A stretch of DNA of 64,000 nt from an uncultured virus (IMG/VR IMGVR_UViG_3300012012_002042) (Duplodnaviria; Heunggongvirae; Uroviricota; Caudoviricetes). Where the stretch lies: IMG/VR virus record IMGVR_UViG_3300012012_002042. One strand, given 5' to 3'. The translations under genes and the position numbers were made by a program. Positions 39,885-49,918 of the stretch are shown in pieces (within the stretch, counting starts at the first letter, position 1; each line of letters opens with the position of its first letter). The notes under the pieces were generated by a model. That model was not told the origin of the DNA and did no database searches. It saw nothing but the letters and a program-made list of their open reading frames with translations.

Positions 39885-41432
39885 ATGACCAAAAAACCAA
39901 CCAAGAAAAAGACGACGCCGAAGAAGGCGCCGAAGAAGGCCCCAAAGGCGAAAGCCGCCAAGGCGGAGAAGAAGTCCACGGCAGTCAGGGAACTGCCGGT
40001 TATTGGACTCATGGATAACACGAGCCTGCTGAGCGATATTGCGACGCTGGCCAACACGGTCCTGTCCGGCCGTAAAAATCGGACGACCGGGTTCTGTGCG
40101 ATGTCAGACATTCGTGAGGAGTATTATGCGCTCCCATTTTATCTGCAGAGCTTTTTCGGGTGCATCGGGATTCACCGGCAGACGTGGATGAATATCATCG
40201 GCGGCACTGGGGTAGGGAAGACGACGTTCGGGATGACCCTGATGTCGTATCTGATTCAGAAGACCAATGGTTTCGGCCTGCACATCGATACGGAGAATAA
40301 ATCGCACACAGTGCTGCAACGCTGGCGGCACATTTCCACCAACCCGATTATTGCGGAGCAAATCCACCGTCAGCGTCTTGCGTTTAAGCATGCCTACACG
40401 CTGGACGAAATGGTGGAGACGATTGAGGAGTTCCTGAAGGCCGCCCGTGGCGTGACAGTGCGCGGAGGCAAATCCGTGTTTCTGAACATGCGGCAGCCGA
40501 TCTTCATCTTCGTGGATCCGCTGAGCAAATTGATGACCCCGGCTGAAGCCGTCGATGTTTACGCCTACAAGAACTACATGAACATGGCGGGGCGTGATAC
40601 GGAAAAGGAAGAGGCTGAAGCCGCCGGGAAGAAGGGCAAAAAAGGCAAGGACAAGAAGAAGGAGGCGACGAAAAAGGAAATCGGCACTGGATCCAATTTG
40701 GGGTTCGCCAAATTCCAGCACGAGTTCATGAGAAAAGTGCCGGCAATGTGTGCGCAATACAACGCCACGTTCATTTGCTCCCATCAGCAGAACGACAAGA
40801 TCGACATGGCCGGCAACGGGATGTCCGCATTCATTCCCGAAGAATACAAGGCACTGTTCAACGACGTGTGCATCGGTGGAAATGCCGCGGATCAGAATGC
40901 TTCTTACATTGTGATTCTGTCGCGGGGTTCGGACATCAAGGACAGCAATGGTGGGATCATCGGGCACCGCAATCGAATGCGGCTGCACAAGAATTCGTTC
41001 GGACCAGGCGACACGATTCGTAGTTACGAGATATTCACGCAATATCCGATGGACCGTGCGGATTATCTCTCTCCGGCGATGTATATGGACAGGGAGATGC
41101 TGTTCTGGCTGGCGAAGGAAAAATTGATCCCAGATCTGAAGTATGACAACGGACTGTGGCACTGCCCCTCGCTGAATATGTATGGGCAGTCTGTGGAAGC
41201 CGTGGTCGCGGCGCTGAAATCTGAGTCGTGTCAGTATTTTCCGACCATCGGACGATTGCTGAAAATCGACGGATATTACGACGTCGTGCGCGAGGTGAAG
41301 AAGGCAGTGGCGGATGACCCGAAGCTGCTGCAATTGCCGGCTGGCGTCACACCGCAGATTGTGGTGGAGCAGGAAGAAGAGATGACGGAGGAAAACAATT
41401 CACAGGAGGAACAACCTGATGCTGTCGGCTAA
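39885..41432 (+). CDS. RecA/UvsX-like recombinase
   Basis: GGTGVGKTT, HIDTE, FVDPL, HQ..DKI, GGNA and HKNSFG motifs; Lys/Ala-rich N-terminus. Confidence 0.82.
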   Translation: MTKKPTKKKTTPKKAPKKAPKAKAAKAEKKSTAVRELPVIGLMDNTSLLSDIATLANTVLSGRKNRTTGFCAMSDIREEYYALPFYLQSFFGCIGIHRQTWMNIIGGTGVGKTTFGMTLMSYLIQKTNGFGLHIDTENKSHTVLQRWRHISTNPIIAEQIHRQRLAFKHAYTLDEMVETIEEFLKAARGVTVRGGKSVFLNMRQPIFIFVDPLSKLMTPAEAVDVYAYKNYMNMAGRDTEKEEAEAAGKKGKKGKDKKKEATKKEIGTGSNLGFAKFQHEFMRKVPAMCAQYNATFICSHQQNDKIDMAGNGMSAFIPEEYKALFNDVCIGGNAADQNASYIVILSRGSDIKDSNGGIIGHRNRMRLHKNSFGPGDTIRSYEIFTQYPMDRADYLSPAMYMDREMLFWLAKEKLIPDLKYDNGLWHCPSLNMYGQSVEAVVAALKSESCQYFPTIGRLLKIDGYYDVVREVKKAVADDPKLLQLPAGVTPQIVVEQEEEMTEENNSQEEQPDAVG

Positions 41433-41847
41433 AATCAGAACGTCGTTGAAGGCGTTATTCAAGAGGGAAATTGGAGGGCATGAAACCACAGAGGATTATT
41501 TGCGGGCGATGCCAGCATCCGGGGATCACTACAGTCTGCCATTTTCCCCGGCGCTGATGGATTTGTGTATAGAGGACGTGAAGATGCTGCACGAGTTCGT
41601 GACCCAGCCGAAGGTGTCTGTAGGCTTCGAGAGACTGTTCTCGCAATTCCAGGGCAAATACGTCATGATCGCTGACCCTGGACTCCCCCTGCCAGACAGC
41701 ATCTACATCGTGAGGAAGCTCGCGGTGTCTGCTGAATCGATCGCGCCATGGCTCGGCTGCATGCGTCATCCGAAAGTGATGGTCACGCCGAGCAGGGAAA
41801 AGGGGATGATATTCGCAGCATTCAGTTTCACCGGATTCTTCAAATGA
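41419..41847 (+). CDS. hypothetical protein
   Basis: 142-aa ORF within the operon. Confidence 0.55.
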   Translation: MLSAKIRTSLKALFKREIGGHETTEDYLRAMPASGDHYSLPFSPALMDLCIEDVKMLHEFVTQPKVSVGFERLFSQFQGKYVMIADPGLPLPDSIYIVRKLAVSAESIAPWLGCMRHPKVMVTPSREKGMIFAAFSFTGFFK

Positions 41848-42266
41848 GCTCAGATTCAAACAAACCAAAATCAGCAGAAACAAAGAAACGCACGTGGTAT
41901 GAGATTCTGCATCGGCTTGACGATGCGCCGGCGCTGAAGGGATTCTCCTTTCTGGATGCCAGCCATTATCAGTCGGTGCGCGGGCTGACGCCCGCGAGGG
42001 AAGCGGTGTCGCTGTTCGGTGTTTATCGACTTTATGACAAGCCTGTGCATGGTGTCCGCGGTCTGCGCGAGATGGACATTATCCAGGTCGTCGGCGTGGC
42101 GCCGGTGTTGGCGAGCCGCAGTTGGCTGGTGGTCAATCGGGACAAAGTGCAATTGCCGGAGTTCAATAATTATCGAGGGGTGTTCAATGAGGCGGACGAT
42201 GTCGCGTATGTGCTGGTGGAGTTTCCGAAGGGGCTGACCTTCGCGGCATTTTGCAACAAGAAATGA
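41844..42266 (+). CDS. hypothetical protein
   Basis: ATGA overlap start at 41844. Confidence 0.55.
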   Translation: MSSDSNKPKSAETKKRTWYEILHRLDDAPALKGFSFLDASHYQSVRGLTPAREAVSLFGVYRLYDKPVHGVRGLREMDIIQVVGVAPVLASRSWLVVNRDKVQLPEFNNYRGVFNEADDVAYVLVEFPKGLTFAAFCNKK

Positions 42267-42811
42267 GTCGCGGCCTTTCGCAGCAAGAAATGAGTCACCA
42301 TCTGGTGCTGGCTTATTTGCACACAGGCGATGACGGGAAATTGAAATTCACCAATTCCCCGTGGGTGTTCGAGGAGGACCGCCAATTCCGCGTTCAAATT
42401 ATGAGTGCCACATCCGGCTGCGCATTGCCGCTCCTTGAGGGAGAGGCTGCGTCATTTCGGGAATTGGTAGACATAACCAGAGGTTGTCTCAGTAAATTCT
42501 GCCAGACGCCAGGCCTCCCGAAGACGGTGCATTCCGTCCACTGCAAGAGCATGGTGCAACGTCTGATGACGTTCGAGAATCTGCGGTCGAATCCGTGGCC
42601 GGTCAGAAGATTTGCCACAGATCCAATCCTGGCTTTCAATGACCTGGTGGAGGTGGTTAACGCGCCTGCGATTATCACCTACGCGGAGCGGGTGGCGTTC
42701 TCCCCAGAACGGCTCCGGAAAATAATGGGGGAGGACAACGATCAGGATTACAGCAACACAGGGATAACTAGCACACTATGCAAACTGACAGCACGGATTA
42801 CACAGCCATAA
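42263..42811 (+). CDS. hypothetical protein
   Basis: ATGA overlap start at 42263. Confidence 0.55.
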   Translation: MSRGLSQQEMSHHLVLAYLHTGDDGKLKFTNSPWVFEEDRQFRVQIMSATSGCALPLLEGEAASFRELVDITRGCLSKFCQTPGLPKTVHSVHCKSMVQRLMTFENLRSNPWPVRRFATDPILAFNDLVEVVNAPAIITYAERVAFSPERLRKIMGEDNDQDYSNTGITSTLCKLTARITQP

Positions 42812-45591
42812 GGTTCCCTGACCGGAACAGCAAGATCGACGGGGAATTGTTCATACGCGGGCAGGAGAAACTCCCAGTGTTCATGAAAAAGATGGGATAC
42901 ACCAGTCTCCGGCCTGGGCAGGAGAAGATTGTGGTCAGCATCATGACACGCCGTGACACGATCGGGATTCTCCCGACATCCGTAGGTAAGTGCTTCTCCG
43001 CAGGGACGGGTATTTTGATGTTTGATGGAACAGTGAAATATGTCGAGGAGGTGCGTGTTGGGGATATGGTCATGGGCCCTGATTCAAATCCTCGAGTGGT
43101 CACATCTACACATGAAGGTGTAGATAATTTGTGGCGGGTGATTCCCAAAAAGGGGGAGCCGTATACTGTAAACTCTCAGCACACTCTTTCGTTAAAGATT
43201 ACTAGCACGAAGCGTAAGAATCGACGTGCGGATCTTGTGAGATGCGGTGACGCACAATTCGCGAGCGGAGCCTTGGCAAATATTGAGCTGCAAGATTATC
43301 TGGCGAGCAATAAGACATTCAAACACTGCGCCAAAGGCTGGCGTGTAGGCGTGGAGTTCGAGGCAAAGAAAATTCTCAAGGATATGCCGCCCTACATATT
43401 GGGATTATGGCTGGGGGACGGCAGCGTTGGAAAAACTGAAATCACGAAGCCAGATCCAGAGGTCGAGAAATCAATTAGAGATTACTGCGCTTCGTTGCCG
43501 GGGCATCACGTTCGAGTCGGGCATAATGACTCAGGGTGTCCTCAGATGTCGATTTCAGGACCGGAGGATGATCAACGTGGATGCAAGGGAGGTTCAAATC
43601 TGATGCGCAATGCGTTGAAGAAGTTGGGAGTCTGGACGGATAAACACATTCCAGCTATCTACCGTAATAATTCACGGAAAGTCAGGTTGGAATTGCTGGC
43701 TGGTATTTTGGATGCGGATGGGCATTTACATCCTGGCGGATTTGATTTCATACAGAAGCGAGAACAGCTGATGAATGACGTCATATTTCTGGCTCGGTCA
43801 CTGGGCTTGGCGGCGGTCTCGAAACCCTGCGAAAAGTCATGCCAGGGAGGATTTACAGGCGACTACTTCCGCGCGTTCATTCACGGAGACATATCCGAAA
43901 TCCCGTGCCGCATCCCTCGACGTATCGGTAAAACTCTTAATCGGCGAAAAGATGTGCTGCGTGTGGGAATCACCGTCGAATCGGCAGGTCGTGGAAAATA
44001 TTATGGATTCTCTGTCAGCGGACCGGACTCGCTGTTCCTGCTGTCAGATTTCACAGTGGTGCATAATTCGGCCACATTCATTCTGCCGACCATGGCGCTG
44101 GGATGGAGAACTCTAATTTTCTCTCCGCTGACGGCGTTGATGCGTGATCAAGTGCAGAAGCTGAACAATCAGTTCGGCTTTCCGGCCGGGCAAATGTCAG
44201 GGCCGCAAGGCCCCGCCATGAATATCGAGGCGGCGAAGATGTGGATCTCCGGGGCACTGAATTTCTTTTACGTCGCTCCGGAGCGAATGAAGAATGCGTG
44301 GTTTCAGAACGCCATGAAGGCTGTTCCGCCGGACATGATCGTGATCGACGAAGCACATTGCATCTCGGAATGGGGCGAGGATTTCCGATACGATTACACG
44401 CACATCGGTGATTACGTGCGTGAGAATCCTCCAAAAGTGGTGCTCGCGTTGACGGCGACGTGCACGCCGGAGATCGAGGCGGACATCAGGCGGGTGCTTG
44501 GAATGGCCAATGCCAACAAGGTGATGCACTACACCCCGAGGCCGAATCTGAAACTCCACAGCTCGACGCTGACGGATTTGTCGGAGATCTCTGCGTTGAT
44601 CGACAAACACCGAGGCGATGGCACTGCGCTCGTTTACTGCTCCACGATCAACCCGTCGGCCTCGAACGGAGTCGTCCAGGTGGCGAATTATCTGCAGATG
44701 ACCATGCAGCAGGAGATCGGAGTTTATCACGGCGATCTGAGTGACAGCAAGAAACCGCAGATCCTCGACGACTTCATGTCCGGACGTCTGCCGATTCTGG
44801 TGGCGACAAACGCATTCGGTATGGGCGTGGACAAAGGGGATATTCGAGTGCTGATTCATCACGATATTCCAGGGTCGATCGAGTCGCTCTCTCAGGAGGT
44901 GGGACGCGCCGGGCGTGACTGGAAGGACTCCTACTGTCACACGTTTTTCACGAAGAAGGGGCTCAGCACTCAGGAGTTCTTTCTGCGGATGAAGTTCGCC
45001 ACGGAGGAAGATATTCGCAGACTGCACCAGACCCTGAATCATCTGAAGTCGTCGGACGGTGTGGCGCGGACCGATTATGCCACGATGTCGAAATTGTCCG
45101 GAGTGAAACCGCAGTTTCTGGGAGCGTGCATTCAGAGTATGTTTGCTGCGAGCGTCATTCAGTCTGCGCGCAGCGATGTGTCCATGCACACGTTCCGGTT
45201 CCTCAACGCGCCAGATGAGTCGCACGTGCAATATGTGAATTTCGAGATTCTGCGGGAAGTGGTGAACCGATTCGGAGCCAAGGACGTGGCATCTGGAAAT
45301 TTCACGATCGAAGACGGAGCATTGATGTCCGCGTTTCCGGTGACAAAGCCGACGGTCAAAAAATACCTGAGGCAGCTCAGGGAGTTCGGTTTCATCTTTT
45401 ACAAGGAGCCCGTCGGCGGCGCGCAGTATCGGGTCCTGGGAGGGATGGAGCGCATGGACTTCCCGCGCCTGGCTGCCCGCGTCCAGCTGGGATCTGAGAG
45501 GCTGCGCTACGTGGTGCGATACACCAACGAAATCGCCGACGTTGACAAGCAGGCATTTCTGAAAGAATACTTCGAGCACCCTGTGATATAA
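42778..45591 (+). CDS. recQ: RecQ-family helicase containing an intein
   Basis: LRPGQ, LPTSVGK|S, SPLTALMRDQV, APER, DEAHCISEWGEDFR, TAT, ATNAFGMGVDK and QEVGRAGRD motifs. Confidence 0.92.
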   Translation: MQTDSTDYTAIRFPDRNSKIDGELFIRGQEKLPVFMKKMGYTSLRPGQEKIVVSIMTRRDTIGILPTSVGKCFSAGTGILMFDGTVKYVEEVRVGDMVMGPDSNPRVVTSTHEGVDNLWRVIPKKGEPYTVNSQHTLSLKITSTKRKNRRADLVRCGDAQFASGALANIELQDYLASNKTFKHCAKGWRVGVEFEAKKILKDMPPYILGLWLGDGSVGKTEITKPDPEVEKSIRDYCASLPGHHVRVGHNDSGCPQMSISGPEDDQRGCKGGSNLMRNALKKLGVWTDKHIPAIYRNNSRKVRLELLAGILDADGHLHPGGFDFIQKREQLMNDVIFLARSLGLAAVSKPCEKSCQGGFTGDYFRAFIHGDISEIPCRIPRRIGKTLNRRKDVLRVGITVESAGRGKYYGFSVSGPDSLFLLSDFTVVHNSATFILPTMALGWRTLIFSPLTALMRDQVQKLNNQFGFPAGQMSGPQGPAMNIEAAKMWISGALNFFYVAPERMKNAWFQNAMKAVPPDMIVIDEAHCISEWGEDFRYDYTHIGDYVRENPPKVVLALTATCTPEIEADIRRVLGMANANKVMHYTPRPNLKLHSSTLTDLSEISALIDKHRGDGTALVYCSTINPSASNGVVQVANYLQMTMQQEIGVYHGDLSDSKKPQILDDFMSGRLPILVATNAFGMGVDKGDIRVLIHHDIPGSIESLSQEVGRAGRDWKDSYCHTFFTKKGLSTQEFFLRMKFATEEDIRRLHQTLNHLKSSDGVARTDYATMSKLSGVKPQFLGACIQSMFAASVIQSARSDVSMHTFRFLNAPDESHVQYVNFEILREVVNRFGAKDVASGNFTIEDGALMSAFPVTKPTVKKYLRQLREFGFIFYKEPVGGAQYRVLGGMERMDFPRLAARVQLGSERLRYVVRYTNEIADVDKQAFLKEYFEHPVI
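42991..44067 (+). mobile_element. intein (359 aa) with LAGLIDADG homing endonuclease
   Basis: Begins CFSAGT and ends VVHN with +1 Ser; LGLWLGDG and LAGILDADG blocks; inserted in Walker A; lower GC. Confidence 0.93.
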
Positions 45592-45594
45592 ATT

Positions 45595-46137
45595 ATGGAC
45601 ACGTTCGGAGTTCCCAGTGACATCCTAGTTGACATTTTACCAGTCGTGGAGCGCGTGGCCGAGGAGACTCGTGTCAGGCGCCTCAAGGAGGATGCCACTG
45701 CTCTGACCCTGGGCAAATGCGCCTGCGGTTACAACACCGAACTACTGAATTTTTCCGTGGTGAATACGGGGAAGATCGATGCCGTGGAAAACATCTGCGC
45801 GCACTGTGTGAAGAACTTTTCGAAGATGGCGCGCATCGTGTGTCGGAATTGCCGGACACCCGTTATTTACGTTTCAGAGCACACGGACGCTCGCGGGTTC
45901 AAATTTCAGGCTGGAAAATGGTATCACGTTTCGATCTGTCCGACGTGCTACCCAGATGCAAAGATGGCGATTCCCGAGGAGAAGATCGTTTACGATTTTC
46001 GGAAAAATGGAAACGGTTTGAACATGAACAGATTCCTCGAGCTTAACTGGGGAGAGTGGTCACGTCCCGCGCCGGCAGAAAAGGTCTCCGGCGACTGCGG
46101 TAGAAATATCATTGACAGGGTTCAGGGCGGAGTTTAA
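45595..46137 (+). CDS. zinc-finger protein
   Basis: CAC, CAHC, CRNC and CPTC motifs. Confidence 0.65.
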   Translation: MDTFGVPSDILVDILPVVERVAEETRVRRLKEDATALTLGKCACGYNTELLNFSVVNTGKIDAVENICAHCVKNFSKMARIVCRNCRTPVIYVSEHTDARGFKFQAGKWYHVSICPTCYPDAKMAIPEEKIVYDFRKNGNGLNMNRFLELNWGEWSRPAPAEKVSGDCGRNIIDRVQGGV

Positions 46138-46146
46138 TTCAATCCC
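46112..46146 (+). promoter_or_regulatory. sigma70-like promoter, likely leaderless
   Basis: TTGACA at 46112, AT-rich -10 region tttaattc, ATG exactly 35 nt downstream. Confidence 0.45.
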
Positions 46147-46800
46147 ATGATTGAAAAAACCACGTTCGAGAAGTGCCGCCACACTGTGGCTGCGGAATTC
46201 AAGCCGGCCTACATTCAAGGAGAAGATTTCGAAACGGCCCGAGTCGTGTTCGTGAGTCCGGAAGGTCGGGAAATCACGATGCGGGCGACACCGCCAGCCT
46301 GGGCGCGCATCCGCGGTAACCGTCTCGGCGGGCGCGTGGATGATCAGCGTCATTCTGGTTACGACCGTATCGCCAATCACGATTTCGTCGTATGCGCGCA
46401 GACTAGGCAGATTGGCGGCGTCAGTGAAGATGTGGTGATTGGTGTGCACCGGATCAAACGGCAGGCATACGACCGTCACTCGGAGCCGCAGGAAATTCGA
46501 GATCTCAAGGACATCGTGGTCACTGTCGATTCGGTCAGCGGCGAGATGATCGTCGACATGTATCCCATGCGTACGCGGAAGCCCGCACTCCACGCCATGC
46601 TCTACTGGCTCGAGAAGGAAAAGACACTCAAGCCGGGAGACGCGCACTCGAATGGGACGTCCACGTTCCGGGTCAAGTCGGCAGGCGGAGACGAACTGCG
46701 CATCACGCACATCTCTGTCGAAACGTCGGCCCCGACCACTACTTCCGCGGCCATCGCCGAGAAGGAGCAGGAGCTCGCTGGAGCCGCGAGGCAGGACTGA
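46147..46800 (+). CDS. hypothetical protein
   Basis: 217-aa ORF with genome-typical codon usage. Confidence 0.6.
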   Translation: MIEKTTFEKCRHTVAAEFKPAYIQGEDFETARVVFVSPEGREITMRATPPAWARIRGNRLGGRVDDQRHSGYDRIANHDFVVCAQTRQIGGVSEDVVIGVHRIKRQAYDRHSEPQEIRDLKDIVVTVDSVSGEMIVDMYPMRTRKPALHAMLYWLEKEKTLKPGDAHSNGTSTFRVKSAGGDELRITHISVETSAPTTTSAAIAEKEQELAGAARQD

Positions 46801-46863
46801 GGAATTTGAAATAGCGCGACGTTTCGCGGTATATGATTTCGACACCTTCACAGGTTGTCGTCA

Positions 46864-47766
46864 ATGATCATACCAGATCAACCCGCGGGTGTGCACTGCC
46901 TGAAGCACATCCGATTATTCGCGAAAGACCGGCAGCTTCACTTCAATGAAGCTGGGCCGGTGCTTGGCACATCATTCAGGCTAGGGATGTGCTACGCAGA
47001 GTTCCAAGTGGCGGACGGGGGAGAGAATCCAAGGGATGACTCCCCCATCGGCGAGCACGAGCGATTGAGGCGGCTCGATCGCTTTCCGATGTGTATCGAC
47101 CACGATGACGTGGACCCGAATACACACGCGCTGCTAGACGAGATGGTGCTCGACGACTCCGCGCCCAACAAGCGGTTGGGGTTCACCCACGGAGGATTCA
47201 CCGTGGAGTGCCTGGCGAAGAAGGCGTTCCCCAGCATAATGCCGGGGGACTACCAATTCGCCAAGTGGCAGGCGCACGAGGTGACCATGCGGAGCTGGCT
47301 CGAAAAAAGCCAGTATGCCGCAAACTCGGAATGGACGACGCCGGACGTACGGCTCGTGGTCGGGGTGTTGCAGAACGCGCCCGATGCGGTGGATGTTCAA
47401 GTCGCCGGGCGGACGCAGAAGTTGCGTCCGCTGAATGTCCCGGTCTACTTTGGCAATCGCCAAGCACTCGACCCGGGATTCCCATCCGGGGATTTGGAGT
47501 GGGGCGATATCGCCCACCGCACATTCGCTACGTGGCTCGACTCCATCGGCGTCGGAAACATGCCGCTGCATGCGGCGCTGGTGTGTTCCCGGAGTCGGTC
47601 CGGGCCAGGGATTACGAGATCCCTGGTGGAGTTCAGCGAAAAAAAGTGGCACACGATGTGTGCCACGATTCCACACAACGACTGGTGGCGGCTCACAGAG
47701 CCCGATTGGGAGAAGGTTATCCCATTCCTCCACCAAGAGGTCCCACCCGCGGAGGGCGCGTGGTGA
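46864..47766 (+). CDS. hypothetical protein
   Basis: 300-aa ORF. Confidence 0.6.
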   Translation: MIIPDQPAGVHCLKHIRLFAKDRQLHFNEAGPVLGTSFRLGMCYAEFQVADGGENPRDDSPIGEHERLRRLDRFPMCIDHDDVDPNTHALLDEMVLDDSAPNKRLGFTHGGFTVECLAKKAFPSIMPGDYQFAKWQAHEVTMRSWLEKSQYAANSEWTTPDVRLVVGVLQNAPDAVDVQVAGRTQKLRPLNVPVYFGNRQALDPGFPSGDLEWGDIAHRTFATWLDSIGVGNMPLHAALVCSRSRSGPGITRSLVEFSEKKWHTMCATIPHNDWWRLTEPDWEKVIPFLHQEVPPAEGAW

Positions 47767-47769
47767 TTG

Positions 47770-47799
47770 AAAAGGGGCGGGCAGCCGTCCCTTTTCTTT
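47770..47799 (+). terminator. terminator-like hairpin
   Basis: gaaaaggggcgg...ccgtcccttttc followed by ttt. Confidence 0.5.
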
Positions 47800-47832
47800 A
47801 CGTCCCGCAGAAAATGCTGTAGTATTTCCATC
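47797..47832 (+). promoter_or_regulatory. sigma70-like promoter, leaderless
   Basis: TTTACG-N17-TAGTAT-N7-ATG(47833). Confidence 0.5.
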
Positions 47833-49236
47833 ATGGTCGATCCTTATGATGAAAATTTGAAGCCCATCACGCTACCCAACGGTGTGGTGTTGCGCGCGCC
47901 GGAGGACTTTGACACTCTCCGGAAAAGTATTTACGACACTGCCAAGGAACGCACAGCTTCTGCGTTCCCGATGTCCTACAACGGAGTGAGGGTCGAGTTG
48001 TCGGATTTGGATTACGCGGATCCGGATTACATCTCGGTGGCCGACCAAAAAAAGGCGATGCTGGAGGACAAATCAATTACCCGTCGGCTGCGCGGTAAAT
48101 TGAAACTCTTGAATGAGCAGGATGGATCGCTGCTGGATGAGCGAGAGCTGACTTTGATGCGCGTACCGCACCTGACTCAGCGGGGCACGTTCATCAACGC
48201 TGGGAACGAATACACGCACTCAATGCAGGCGCGTTTGCTGCATGGCGCATATTCCAGACGGCAGAATAATGGAGAGTTGGAAACTCAGTTCAACGTGAAG
48301 CCTGGCACCGGGCGTGTGTTCCGTGTGGGATTCGAGCCGGAAACCGCTCAGTATCGGTTCCGTGTCGGCGGGAGCAACTTGCATCTCTACTCTCTGCTGA
48401 AGGACATGGGCATACCGGACGCCCAGCTCGAAAAAAGTTGGGGCCCTGAGGTGTTGGCGCTCAATCGCGACAATTATGATGCCAAGGTTTTTCCAAAGGC
48501 GTATCAGAATATGGTGCCAGCCAAACTGCAGGTGGCGAGCGCTCCACATCCGGAAAAAGTCGAGGCGCTGCACGCAGCCTTGAATTCCTCGCAGCTCCAT
48601 TACCGGGCTGTGAAGAGAACGCTGCCGGCGATGCTTGGGGCCAAGATGGCGAGCCGATGGCGCGCTGGGATTGGGATCAAAATGGCAGCGCTCGGGCAGG
48701 TGGCATTCACGCCTGACCTGACTCCCGACGAGGCTGCGCTACAATTTCTCGAGTCCGTGTCTCCGGAGATATTTTACGATCTGGAGAATGTGAAGAGCGC
48801 TGCAGGCTTCTCGCCAGATCTCTCGAAGGATGACATGCAGCCGGCGTATGATGCCATTTACGCGCATGCGGGACCGCGATTGGCGGGCATGAAGAAGTGG
48901 CCTGAGAAATGGTTCCCGCCTGGTAGCGATGATCTCGGGTGGGTTTCCTGGTATATGAAATACGCCGATGGGGAGCGCGGGCATGATGACACCCGGCAGA
49001 TCAATCGCTGGAAAAGTTTCAGGCAGAAGAACGTGTCGCAGTTCTTGAAGAACCCGACGGCGCGGCGGGCGTTTGCGCTCCGCTACTGGGCCATCGATCC
49101 GCTAAAGTTGCTGGACAACGAGGAGCAGAGGAAAGAAGTTCGCGATGAAATGAACGCGTATCGAAAACAGGAACTCGAGAAATTTCACGGCAAGGACAAA
49201 CAGCAACTGGCGGAAGCGCTGGAAAAATCAGTATGA
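47833..49236 (+). CDS. RNA polymerase beta subunit N-terminal fragment fused to an extra C-terminal domain
   Basis: RVPHLTQRGTFINAGNEY...QARLLHGAY matches the rpoB motif IPLMT..GTFIING.E...QL.RSPG. Confidence 0.8.
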   Translation: MVDPYDENLKPITLPNGVVLRAPEDFDTLRKSIYDTAKERTASAFPMSYNGVRVELSDLDYADPDYISVADQKKAMLEDKSITRRLRGKLKLLNEQDGSLLDERELTLMRVPHLTQRGTFINAGNEYTHSMQARLLHGAYSRRQNNGELETQFNVKPGTGRVFRVGFEPETAQYRFRVGGSNLHLYSLLKDMGIPDAQLEKSWGPEVLALNRDNYDAKVFPKAYQNMVPAKLQVASAPHPEKVEALHAALNSSQLHYRAVKRTLPAMLGAKMASRWRAGIGIKMAALGQVAFTPDLTPDEAALQFLESVSPEIFYDLENVKSAAGFSPDLSKDDMQPAYDAIYAHAGPRLAGMKKWPEKWFPPGSDDLGWVSWYMKYADGERGHDDTRQINRWKSFRQKNVSQFLKNPTARRAFALRYWAIDPLKLLDNEEQRKEVRDEMNAYRKQELEKFHGKDKQQLAEALEKSV

Positions 49237-49916
49237 TCTCCGCGTCCAAAATCCCACGCAATATCGGAAAGCCAGCGGCTGAAACGGAAGCCGGTGCCGG
49301 CGATCCGGAGTTCGTCCCAATCGGCATGCAGGGCGTCCTGGCGTCCACGGAGAAGCTACTGGCCATCAACCGAGGCCTCGAGGATCCCGACGAACGTGAT
49401 TCTTACGGCTTCAAATCCATTTGGGAATCGCACAAGCATCTCGGCGAAAGAATCGGATTGGATGCAGGTCATGTGCGAAGGGGTATGATCCGGAACGCAG
49501 CGAAGACGAAATCGCTGCGCGGTCTCTACCCATTTATCTTCGATGCGTATTCGAAGGGATTGTTGCTGGGCGATTTGAATGACGCGAACCCGTTGTCGTC
49601 ACCGACGGAGGAAATTAATCCGATGCACATTCTGGAGCAGTCCCGTCGAATTACGCAGATGGGGCCCGGAGGAATTGGATCCACGACGGCAATAACGGCG
49701 GATGCCCAAAATGTCCACCCAAGCCAATTCGGATTTGTGTGTCCAATTAGTGGTCCCGAAAGCGAGAAAGCAGGTGTTGATGCTCGTCTGTCCGAGGGAA
49801 CGCGCATCGGATCCGACGGCAGACTTTACCAGCAATTCAAGCATCGCAAATCTGGAAAGACGGAATGGCTGACGCCTGAGGATTTGGAGACGAAGATTGT
49901 GGCAGTGCCGAAATAG
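49233..49916 (+). CDS. RNA polymerase beta subunit middle (fork/Rif-pocket) fragment
   Basis: EEINPMHILEQSRRITQMGPGGI...NVHPSQFGFVCPISGPESEKAG matches the rpoB motif DQ.NPL....KRR.SALGPGG...DVHP.HYGR.CP.ETPEG. Confidence 0.88.
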   Translation: MISASKIPRNIGKPAAETEAGAGDPEFVPIGMQGVLASTEKLLAINRGLEDPDERDSYGFKSIWESHKHLGERIGLDAGHVRRGMIRNAAKTKSLRGLYPFIFDAYSKGLLLGDLNDANPLSSPTEEINPMHILEQSRRITQMGPGGIGSTTAITADAQNVHPSQFGFVCPISGPESEKAGVDARLSEGTRIGSDGRLYQQFKHRKSGKTEWLTPEDLETKIVAVPK

Positions 49917-49918
49917 GC

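Noticed and set aside
40104..41333. 409-aa antisense ORF opposite the RecA-like gene
   Set aside because: Codon-bias shadow ORF with no recognisable motifs
44197..45579. 460-aa antisense ORF opposite recQ
   Set aside because: Shadow ORF of a conserved gene
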